A stretch of DNA of 64,000 bases from the IMG/VR virus record IMGVR_UViG_3300042691_048368, positions 30,998 through 94,997 of that record. One strand, given 5' to 3'. Numbering within the stretch: position 1 is the first letter of the stretch; each line of letters opens with the position of its first letter. A program made the position numbers and the translations under genes. Shown here piece after piece: positions 41,710 through 49,679 of the stretch. The notes beneath the pieces are model-generated. The model was given only the letters and a program-made list of their open reading frames with translations. It had not been told where the DNA came from and ran no database searches. Origin of the DNA: a virus.

Positions 41710-42081
41710 ATGAAGTGGTCATTAAATATTGTTAAACTCGATTTGAGATTCTGTAATACCCTAGAGGATTGTAAAAGATTGAGAGAGGACAATGACATCG
41801 ATCCAGATTTAATTTCAGATGAGAAACTATTTGAATATAAGAATGTTGTAGACATATTTTTTTATGACAAAGAAACCTATAATATAGTTGGTGTCATTCC
41901 ATTTGGACAATCTAACATACAATTTACAGAGGATTTCATTAACCATTTAACACAACTTGAACCAATAAAGTATAAACGCACTAGCTTGAATCTTGATGAA
42001 ATTCTTGATAAGATAAGTTCTAGTGGTCTAGAATCTTTGAATAAAATTGAAAGAAGATTTTTGAGAAAGTTTTCCAAATAA
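41710..42081 (+). CDS. Hypothetical protein with C-terminal DUF6576-like motif
   Basis: LDEILDKISSSGLESLNKIERRFL. Confidence 0.55.
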   Translation: MKWSLNIVKLDLRFCNTLEDCKRLREDNDIDPDLISDEKLFEYKNVVDIFFYDKETYNIVGVIPFGQSNIQFTEDFINHLTQLEPIKYKRTSLNLDEILDKISSSGLESLNKIERRFLRKFSK

Positions 42082-42160
42082 TAACGTTTTTTTCTTAAAT
42101 AAATCAACTTCAATAATAAGTTCCATTTATTAATAAATATATAAAAATGAGTTTTTATTT

Positions 42161-42448
42161 ATGCGTTTCAAAGAACTTATCTACGGGGACAAGAAAATTA
42201 CTAACAATAGAGAAATTGATAGAATCCTCGAAAAAAATAATTTTCATTGGTTAATAGATTCCGAAATTGAAGATGCGCAAATCGAAATCAGTAACAATAC
42301 TTTGATTTGGCATGGGGGTAATTATTATTCAGGGTTTTGGCATTATGGTATTTTTAAAAATGGTAATTTTTATGGTACTTTTGAAAACGGAATTTTTGAA
42401 AATGGAATCCTCCAAGGCGAATTTATAAGTGGTGTGAAACTGGTTTAG
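42161..42448 (+). CDS. Small protein with G-x-F/W-x-x pentapeptide-like repeats
   Basis: WHGGNYYSGFWHYGIFKNGNFYGTFENGIFENG. Confidence 0.6.
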   Translation: MRFKELIYGDKKITNNREIDRILEKNNFHWLIDSEIEDAQIEISNNTLIWHGGNYYSGFWHYGIFKNGNFYGTFENGIFENGILQGEFISGVKLV

Positions 42449-42470
42449 ATATAAAAAAATAGTTTTTTTT

Positions 42471-42920
42471 ATGGGAAAAAAACGTTTTACCAGATCCAAT
42501 AACATTAAAGAAGAAGTATTAGATGTTATTAGGATAATCGAAAAGGAAAATGGTCAAGTATTTTTTGAAATTGAAGACCATATAACACAAGATGTAGCGG
42601 AAGCAGTAGCAATCTTGATGAGAAAACCTAATATAAGTAAGTCAATCTGGTCCAAAGAAATAAATGTGGATTTAGATACAATTGACCCTCGTAGGTGTTT
42701 ATATTGGCTTACCGGTGGTGACAATGAATGGGTGAAACTACATAACTATAAAAAACCCTGGAATCAATGTGATGAGTTGTTTGTTCAAGAATTTGATTTT
42801 GTAATTAATTGGATTGTCAAAAAGTCCAAGACTTTGGAAGATGTTAAAAATTCATTTATCGAATATTTAAATTTACCTACTCTTTACGAGTTCGCTTTGA
42901 AAAGAAATCTTATAAAATGA
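42471..42920 (+). CDS. Hypothetical protein
   Basis: 149-aa ORF. Confidence 0.6.
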   Translation: MGKKRFTRSNNIKEEVLDVIRIIEKENGQVFFEIEDHITQDVAEAVAILMRKPNISKSIWSKEINVDLDTIDPRRCLYWLTGGDNEWVKLHNYKKPWNQCDELFVQEFDFVINWIVKKSKTLEDVKNSFIEYLNLPTLYEFALKRNLIK

Positions 42921-42923
42921 TTT

Positions 42924-42952
42924 AAAAAAACCCACCTTTCGGTGGGTTTTTT
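42924..42952 (+). terminator. Intrinsic terminator
   Basis: CCCACC-TTTC-GGTGGG followed by a T-run. Confidence 0.85.
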
Positions 42953-42970
42953 ATTTGAATATATACATTT

Positions 42971-43822
42971 ATGTTGAGAGGTATATTTATAGACTTGAAC
43001 GTACTTTTGCAGATGGAGAATCATGCTTGGGTTGTTGATAAGAAAAATGCTAATGTTCCTATAATTAAAATTTCACAATCTGATTTGAATCTAATTCAGA
43101 GTGGTATATTTAAGAAGCAAGGTAATAAAGTTGATTTTAACGGTAGAACATATTATTTACCTGAATCACTTATGAACAAAATAAAAATAAAAACAAAATC
43201 GTTCAATATAAACTTCGCCGATCTTGGTATTTCAATGCAAGAATTTATGAACAAATCTATAATAGAAAAAAAGGATTTTGAAATTAATAAAGATTTAATA
43301 CTTGAGTTGAAGAACGAAGTTGATGATATTTACGTTATTTGTTCTAATCAGACTAAAAAATCCTATGAGACAATAATTGAGAAAATAAAAGAGGAGTTCG
43401 AAAAAAATGGATTGAAAATAAAAACTTTCTACCCCATTTCGGAAAACTTTATGAACAAAAGTGATGACGATATTAAGTTCAAAAAAATGAGGTTATTATT
43501 GCAACATATGGTTGGTTATAAAACTGATGGGCAAAAGTTTAAAGATGAGGAAATCACAAGATATGATCAAATTTATTATTATGATAATTATTTAGAAACT
43601 CTAAAGATCACAAAAGAAATAAACAATCTGCTTGAATTTTTACTATCAAGGTCCGATGATGGTTTAAGAAGTGTAATCAAAGAAAATGTTTCGGACTTCA
43701 GACCAACTCTTTGGGTCCATAAAGAAAATGAAAATAAAGTAAACAAAAGAACATCGGACAAGGTTATCTTAAATATTTCCAAAATTGTCAAGACTTTCGA
43801 AAACTTCAATCCTTGTTCTTAA
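42971..43822 (+). CDS. HAD-superfamily-like protein, possibly degenerate
   Basis: IFIDLNVLL (motif I-like), VICS, K, YYYDN. Confidence 0.45.
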   Translation: MLRGIFIDLNVLLQMENHAWVVDKKNANVPIIKISQSDLNLIQSGIFKKQGNKVDFNGRTYYLPESLMNKIKIKTKSFNINFADLGISMQEFMNKSIIEKKDFEINKDLILELKNEVDDIYVICSNQTKKSYETIIEKIKEEFEKNGLKIKTFYPISENFMNKSDDDIKFKKMRLLLQHMVGYKTDGQKFKDEEITRYDQIYYYDNYLETLKITKEINNLLEFLLSRSDDGLRSVIKENVSDFRPTLWVHKENENKVNKRTSDKVILNISKIVKTFENFNPCS

Positions 43823-44414
43823 GCATTTTTTCGATCATATCATTTAGTGTTCTGGAATCGACTATCTTACCATCTGGTTTTGCCTCAATACCTTGTTCAA
43901 TTTTTGTTTGTTTGAGGTTTTCCATCATTCTATCGTAATCTTTTCTCATATCACGATAGTACTTTTCCAATTCTGTTCTTTGACTCTGTGCAAATTTGAT
44001 ATTATCTCTAATTTGAGATATCGATTGATTTACAACTTCATGCATTCTAGCAGAAGAGTCTCCATTATCAACCTGTTTGAGTTGTGTGAGGAAATTTTTC
44101 CTAGTCATTTTTTGTAAGAAAATTGTCTCAGCGTATACTTGAGCATCTTCTTTGACTTTTTTTACTAAGTATTTATTTTCTTGTATTCCTTCTATGTCCC
44201 CAAAATATAAATCAAAGAGAGCATCTAAGACTTCTTCAGCTGATTCAATACTTTCATCTAAATCCCTATCATAATCATAGATTTGTATTTCTCCTAGGTC
44301 AGGTAAATCTTCTCTTTTAGCAAGGTATTTTGTAACATCTAAGTCTTTATTTTCATCTTGAATCCTACTGAATTCTTCTTGGAGACTATTTATCTTTTGC
44401 TCCTTTTTGTTCAT
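43806..44414 (-). CDS. terS: Terminase small subunit (gp16-like)
   Basis: SSARMHEVVNQSISQI resembles the T4 gp16 SPRxxEV motif. Divergent from terL. Start reassigned to ATG 44414. Confidence 0.65.
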   Translation of the reverse strand: MNKKEQKINSLQEEFSRIQDENKDLDVTKYLAKREDLPDLGEIQIYDYDRDLDESIESAEEVLDALFDLYFGDIEGIQENKYLVKKVKEDAQVYAETIFLQKMTRKNFLTQLKQVDNGDSSARMHEVVNQSISQIRDNIKFAQSQRTELEKYYRDMRKDYDRMMENLKQTKIEQGIEAKPDGKIVDSRTLNDMIEKMLKNKD

Positions 44415-44434
44415 ATGAGCCTTTGAAATTTCCC

Positions 44435-44442
44435 ATATATAT
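44435..44442. promoter_or_regulatory. ATATATAT late-promoter candidate shared by divergent terS and terL
   Basis: Centred in the 45-bp gap, 20 nt from the terS ATG and 17 nt from the terL ATG. Confidence 0.55.
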
Positions 44443-44459
44443 CGGAAAAAGTAACTTCC

Positions 44460-46595
44460 ATGGCTGAAAGAAAGGAACAAGAAGAGGAAAGGAAAATTAT
44501 TTTCACCAGTGAAATGGTTACTGATACTACTAACAAAATCAATGATGGCGTTATAGTAAAAAGGTATCAAAACCCTTGGTTTCAAAATGAGGTAGGTGTA
44601 AGGAGAGCTAATCTCACATTCATGATGACCGATGAGGAAATCCAAGAGTATATTAGATGCAAATTAGATATCCATTACTTCGCTGAAAAATACTGTAGGA
44701 TTAAAACCGAAGATGGTTCGGTACAGAATATAAAATTAAGAGATTATCAAAAAGATATATTAGATCTTTACACCAAAAATAGGTTTAGTATATTATGTGG
44801 GTCGAGGCAGATAGGTAAAACAGTGAATGCTGCTATAACTATGTTACACTTTATAACTTTCAATAATGATAAAAATATTATGATTGTTGCTAACATCCGT
44901 AGCACGACAATAGAAATCATCGATAAAATTAAGAATATTTACATCCAACTCCCATTTTACCTAAAAGTTGGTATAAAGAATTGGAATCAACAATCAATAA
45001 TATTCGAAAACGGCTGTAGGATAAAATCATCAGCCAGGAGTAAAACACCAGCCATTGGTTATACGATTGACTTTTTGTATCTTGATGAATTTGCTCACAT
45101 TCCATCAAATATCATAGAGCCGTATTATACGGCCGCATTTCCAACAGTTTCAGCAATTGAAAATTCGAAAATAGTTATAACTTCTACTCCAAATGGTATG
45201 AATCTATTTTATAGATTATTGAGTGATTCCGAGAGACCAGATGGAGACCCCCTGAAGAATAACTACAAAGCTATGAGAGTTTATTGGTATCAAGTCTCAG
45301 GTAGATTTGTTACTTTTTTCAAACTTAACAATCATAAATTACATGAATACGGCCTGACCAAGGAGCAAATATTTGAAAAGGTTAAAGAAGAATTTGGAAG
45401 TATCACAAACGTAGAAATGAAATTTCATACCGATTCGGTGAAAGATGTCATATACGTTTATAATAATGAATTGTGTAGTGATCAAATGGTAAAATCTTTT
45501 ACTTTTACAAACGACGAGGGGAAAGAATTGTCAATCTACAACATATCAGAAGTGACAACTTGGAAAGAGGAAGCCATTAAAGATATTGGCGGTGAGGATG
45601 CTTTCAATCAAGAATACGGTTTGAGGTTCATAAACGCTACTAGATCTTTATTAAGTGAACATATTATTGAAAATCTACTACACAATAAGAGGAACTATAT
45701 TTTTGAACAAATAGAAGAACTAGATAGAAGATTGAAATTCCCTTATGATGAATTGCTATGGGTTGACGATGATTCTGTTTTTACTCCATTGGAAAGAAAG
45801 TCTGTTAGGGGCATAATATCGGTCGATATATCTGAGGGTTTGGGACAAGACTATTCAGTGATCAACATATTCAAAATAAATGTGAAGCCAGATGAAGTTA
45901 TTGAATCTCAAGGTAATTCTTATACAAACTTGTCAGATTTTTTTTGTTTGGAGCAGATAGGGATTTTTAGATCCAATCATGTTTCGGTAAAACAACTTGC
46001 TGAAATATTCTATGTTTTATTGTTCGAATACTTTAATTATGAAAATTTCAAAGTTGTTTTGGAATTGAATAACTATGGGAATGAATTTTTAGCACATCTC
46101 CCAGGTTTATTTGAAGGTAATAATAATTATGGATCCAGCGTATTTTTCAGATACAAACACAGAGTGGATTCAACGGAAGAAAAAATAGGTTTGAAGGTTG
46201 GGGAAAATAAAAATATGCTTGTAAAAGATTATCAAGACTGTATGGATAAAAGGAACTTTTTAATTACGAATGAAGATAATATAAGGGAAATAACCACTTT
46301 TGTAAAACACATTACATCATCTGGAAATGTTAGGTATGCCGCTGACATGGGACATGATGATACTGTAATGACCTTGGTAAATGCATCTAGTGTTTTTGCT
46401 AAATATGAGTTTAGAGAAATGATTGAGGATTATGCCCCATCTATAGTTGATGGTGGTAAGTTATCACATTTTAGAAATATACTTGGCAAAGTCGATTATT
46501 CTGAGGGAATTGACTATCAAGGTTTGTTGAATGTAAATAAAAGAAGGAGAATGTATAACAATCTCCTTTCCAAAACCACAAAAAATTTATGGTAG
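44460..46595 (+). CDS. terL: Terminase large subunit (gp17-like)
   Basis: LRDYQ, SRQIGKT (Walker A), YLDEFAH (Walker B), ITSTPNG, FNQEY, VDISEGLGQDYS and HDDTVM. Confidence 0.95.
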   Translation: MAERKEQEEERKIIFTSEMVTDTTNKINDGVIVKRYQNPWFQNEVGVRRANLTFMMTDEEIQEYIRCKLDIHYFAEKYCRIKTEDGSVQNIKLRDYQKDILDLYTKNRFSILCGSRQIGKTVNAAITMLHFITFNNDKNIMIVANIRSTTIEIIDKIKNIYIQLPFYLKVGIKNWNQQSIIFENGCRIKSSARSKTPAIGYTIDFLYLDEFAHIPSNIIEPYYTAAFPTVSAIENSKIVITSTPNGMNLFYRLLSDSERPDGDPLKNNYKAMRVYWYQVSGRFVTFFKLNNHKLHEYGLTKEQIFEKVKEEFGSITNVEMKFHTDSVKDVIYVYNNELCSDQMVKSFTFTNDEGKELSIYNISEVTTWKEEAIKDIGGEDAFNQEYGLRFINATRSLLSEHIIENLLHNKRNYIFEQIEELDRRLKFPYDELLWVDDDSVFTPLERKSVRGIISVDISEGLGQDYSVINIFKINVKPDEVIESQGNSYTNLSDFFCLEQIGIFRSNHVSVKQLAEIFYVLLFEYFNYENFKVVLELNNYGNEFLAHLPGLFEGNNNYGSSVFFRYKHRVDSTEEKIGLKVGENKNMLVKDYQDCMDKRNFLITNEDNIREITTFVKHITSSGNVRYAADMGHDDTVMTLVNASSVFAKYEFREMIEDYAPSIVDGGKLSHFRNILGKVDYSEGIDYQGLLNVNKRRRMYNNLLSKTTKNLW

Positions 46596-46724
46596 TCTCT
46601 TTAATTTCTTGGTTTTACCGATATCTGTTTTTTCAAACAGATTAGAAAACCAATTTTTCTTAAGGTTTTTTTGTTTTTGTTTTGTCTCATTCAAGAGTTC
46701 TTCGAGGATTTCTAAGTTTTTCAT
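46587..46724 (-). CDS. Possible 45-aa peptide
   Basis: MKNLEILEELLNETKQKQ...RLP* directly downstream of clpS, read by hand. Confidence 0.35.
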   Translation of the reverse strand: MKNLEILEELLNETKQKQKNLKKNWFSNLFEKTDIGKTKKLKRLP

Positions 46725-46732
46725 ATAATTAT

Positions 46733-47014
46733 TTAGGCAATTTCCATAGTGACCGACAGACCATTTGATTTTAATTTTTCATACATTTTTTGTATAGTTT
46801 CATGATCTCCACGTTTCACATCACATTTACCAGTGAAGTGTACAATATGGGCACATTGTGATGCTTGTTCCGGACCATGTTCACAATATTTTATGAGACA
46901 ATTTATTACATGGTCAAATGAATTATAATCATCATTGTGGAGGATGAGTATGTATGGTTTATTAAGTATTTCTTCTACTTGATAGCTTGTTTGTTCTCTC
47001 GTAATTGTTGCCAT
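46733..47014 (-). CDS. clpS: ClpS N-degron adaptor
   Basis: LILHNDDYNSFDHVI...AHIVHFTGKC. Confidence 0.9.
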   Translation of the reverse strand: MATITREQTSYQVEEILNKPYILILHNDDYNSFDHVINCLIKYCEHGPEQASQCAHIVHFTGKCDVKRGDHETIQKMYEKLKSNGLSVTMEIA

Positions 47015-47085
47015 AGACTTGTATATATTTTTTCTAGGAGTTAATTGAATACAAATATATAGAAAAAAATCGAAAAAAGAAACTT

Positions 47086-47520
47086 ATGAACAAAATATTT
47101 TTAGTTCTTGGAATTATATTGATTGGGCTTGGTATTTTTTGGGGAGTTAAATATAAATTTAAAATACCCGATTTTTCGAAGTGGAATATTTTTGGAAAAT
47201 CTGAACTCGATATTACTGAAGAAAGACTATTGCAAAGATTGACTGATTTAGAGAGAAAAAGTGATTCAATAGGTCCCATTTTGGAAAAATATCAACACAC
47301 TACCGATAGTCTTAGAAAAAATGATTCTCTTATAGATTTGAAGGTTTTCGATTTAAAACAAAAGGATTTATTACTAGAAAGAAAGTTGTCTCAATCCAAA
47401 GACTCTTTGAATAAATATAGAAACAATTTGAGGGATGTAATGAAAAATTATGATCAGGTAAAAAAGAATACAAAAAAGTCATCGAATAAAGAAACTATCG
47501 ATTTCTTCAAAAAATATTGA
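47086..47520 (+). CDS. N-terminally anchored coiled-coil protein (i-spanin-like)
   Basis: N-terminal TM helix plus a periplasmic-type coiled coil with DSx motifs. Confidence 0.45.
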   Translation: MNKIFLVLGIILIGLGIFWGVKYKFKIPDFSKWNIFGKSELDITEERLLQRLTDLERKSDSIGPILEKYQHTTDSLRKNDSLIDLKVFDLKQKDLLLERKLSQSKDSLNKYRNNLRDVMKNYDQVKKNTKKSSNKETIDFFKKY

Positions 47521-47526
47521 AAAATT

Positions 47527-48021
47527 ATGAAAAAAAATATATTTACTTTGATTTTTTTTATAACAACTAATTTCCTTTATTCTCAAGATTTGCCAAAATA
47601 TTATATTCTTAATGGGGACACAGCAGGTATGACTCTGTCGATGGCGCAGGTTAAAAGAATCAAGACAGATCTAGAACTAAAGTCTATTCTCGAAAAGATG
47701 AAGATATCTTGTGATTCACTATCGAATAAATCAAAAACACAGGAGAGAGATTGTGATGAGAGAATAAGTTCGAAGGATAAAATAATATTTCAGATGGACA
47801 CTTCGATTCAATCAAAACTAAACCGTATTAATAACTTGAATGGTGAGTTAGTTCTAACAAGAGAAGATAGAAATGTACAAAAAAAATTATCCCAAGTAAA
47901 GGACAGTTTACTTATAGTTTCTAATTTGCGACTGACAGAAGCAAAAACTCAGAGGAACTTTCTGTTCGGGAGTACAGTTTTATTTTTTGTAACTACAGTA
48001 GCTTTGTTTTTATTCCATTGA
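47527..48021 (+). CDS. Secreted coiled-coil protein with C-terminal TM helix (spanin partner-like)
   Basis: Signal peptide ending LYS-Q, coiled coil, and C-terminal hydrophobic segment. Confidence 0.45.
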   Translation: MKKNIFTLIFFITTNFLYSQDLPKYYILNGDTAGMTLSMAQVKRIKTDLELKSILEKMKISCDSLSNKSKTQERDCDERISSKDKIIFQMDTSIQSKLNRINNLNGELVLTREDRNVQKKLSQVKDSLLIVSNLRLTEAKTQRNFLFGSTVLFFVTTVALFLFH

Positions 48022-48081
48022 AAAAAAATCAGTTTTTGTATATAATATATAACATACATATTAAAAAAATATTCTTTGAAA

Positions 48082-48621
48082 ATGAATCATATCAGAAAAT
48101 TTGAATCCTTCAGAAAGGGTAAGAAAAGGGAAGAAATCATTAAAGAAGCAGTGCTTCAGGTTAATGATATTTATAAAGTTAAATCCACTATAGACATACC
48201 ACAATCTTTGATAAATGCCTATGTAAAGAAGGTTAAAGACAACACTGGTAAGAATTTAAGACAATTCTTCGGTGATATGGACATTGCTGAAGAAATTGTA
48301 AAACACGTAGCTCAGACTGGATTAGATGCTGACAAGCTTTCGGCCACTGCTTTAGTTGGGGGTTCCCAAGAACAAAGTCAAGGTCAGTCTCAACCACAAG
48401 CTCAAACACAGCCTCAAGTACAAGTAGAATCCCAACCTCAATCTGATTCACAAACTCAAGCTCAGGGACAGGGTCAATCACAGGGTGAGGGCCAAGGTCA
48501 AGGACAAGCTCAAGGTCAATCACAGGATGAAGGACAAGGTCAAGGACAGGGTGAATTTGAAGAAGTTCAAGAGGAAGGTGAAGAAAAAGAAGAAGAAGGG
48601 GAAGAAGAACTTCCTGAATAA
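48082..48621 (+). CDS. CTS-like N-terminus protein with Q/G- and E-rich tail
   Basis: MNHIRKFESF...IIKE, QGQG repeats, acidic end. Confidence 0.65.
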   Translation: MNHIRKFESFRKGKKREEIIKEAVLQVNDIYKVKSTIDIPQSLINAYVKKVKDNTGKNLRQFFGDMDIAEEIVKHVAQTGLDADKLSATALVGGSQEQSQGQSQPQAQTQPQVQVESQPQSDSQTQAQGQGQSQGEGQGQGQAQGQSQDEGQGQGQGEFEEVQEEGEEKEEEGEEELPE

Positions 48622-48626
48622 GATAT

Positions 48627-48656
48627 AAAAAACACCGATTAATCGGTGTTTTTTTT
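48627..48656 (+). terminator. Intrinsic terminator
   Basis: CACCGATTAATCGGTG palindrome flanked by A- and T-runs. Confidence 0.8.
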
Positions 48657-48677
48657 GTGCCTTTTAATATATATTCT

Positions 48678-49289
48678 ATGATCCATTTAAAACTATTCGA
48701 AAACTTTCAAAATGAGGTTTTATTGATCGTTGATGTTCAAAAGTCATTCAGAAAATTTTTCACAGAAATGTACATACATGAGTTGAAAAAATATTGTGAA
48801 AAATTCGAAGATGTTTATCAAATTTGGGACAATCATGTTGATGGTAAAGGGGTTGATAAGGATTATCTTTTTGACGAAAATCCAGATATACCAGTTCATA
48901 ATGATTTATATAACTTTCCTAATCAAAAAGATATCATAGAAAAAAGATATAATTATGATGTCGATGTAAATTTCTATAAAAAAGTATTAGACAAAAAAAC
49001 ATACGATGAAATAAGTTCGAAAGAAAAGAACAAAACATTGAAAAGGGGGGACTTATTTAAAACAAAAGAAGGCACGGTATTAGTTTATATTGGTAATAAT
49101 CACAAATGGTTTCATATGCCAAAGAAACTATACTTACTCTTTGAAAAATTGAAAAATAAAAGTGTGACTGTTGTTGGTGGGGCTGATTCAGAATGTCTAT
49201 CGGATGTATTCATATCTGCTGAATCCATGGGAATAAATATAAAAAGAGATTGGTCATATATCTGGACCGCAACTAGTTGTCCGATTTAG
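48678..49289 (+). CDS. Isochorismatase/nicotinamidase-like cysteine hydrolase with CTS-like N-terminus
   Basis: MIHLKLFENFQNE, LLIVDVQKSF, D-x-H, IEKRY and VVGGADSECL, consistent with an Asp-Lys-Cys triad. Confidence 0.65.
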   Translation: MIHLKLFENFQNEVLLIVDVQKSFRKFFTEMYIHELKKYCEKFEDVYQIWDNHVDGKGVDKDYLFDENPDIPVHNDLYNFPNQKDIIEKRYNYDVDVNFYKKVLDKKTYDEISSKEKNKTLKRGDLFKTKEGTVLVYIGNNHKWFHMPKKLYLLFEKLKNKSVTVVGGADSECLSDVFISAESMGINIKRDWSYIWTATSCPI

Positions 49290-49669
49290 TTGAATCTACC
49301 TATTTGAGCTATGATATCGTAATCTGCTATTGTTAAATTAACAAACATCATGTCTTGATGATTTTCTGGATCTTGTACAAAGACTACTTGTAAGTTATAA
49401 CTTGATCCCAACATTTCGGGAATGTATTCATCTATTTGCTCTTGTATTTTTGATTTCACATAATCTTCAGAAACTCTAAACTCGAATAAAATTTCTTCAA
49501 GATTTGCTCCAAAATCTGGATCACCCATAACTTCACCTTTATTAGTAAATAAAACCATTTGATACTTTTGTACAATTACACGAAGAAGCTCATCCTCGAT
49601 GATTTCATTCGGATCGTATTTTGGTTGACCATCATAAAGTATATAAAAATCGGTAAAGTCAAAGGCCAT
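49286..49669 (-). CDS. Baseplate wedge protein (gp25-like)
   Basis: LFTNKGEVMGDPDFGANLEEILFE...YIP. Confidence 0.85.
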   Translation of the reverse strand: MAFDFTDFYILYDGQPKYDPNEIIEDELLRVIVQKYQMVLFTNKGEVMGDPDFGANLEEILFEFRVSEDYVKSKIQEQIDEYIPEMLGSSYNLQVVFVQDPENHQDMMFVNLTIADYDIIAQIGRFN

Positions 49670-49679
49670 TACCTATATA

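Noticed and set aside
44460-46595. Intein or intron in terL
   Set aside because: The ORF is uninterrupted and the insertion lacks splicing residues and LAGLIDADG motifs.
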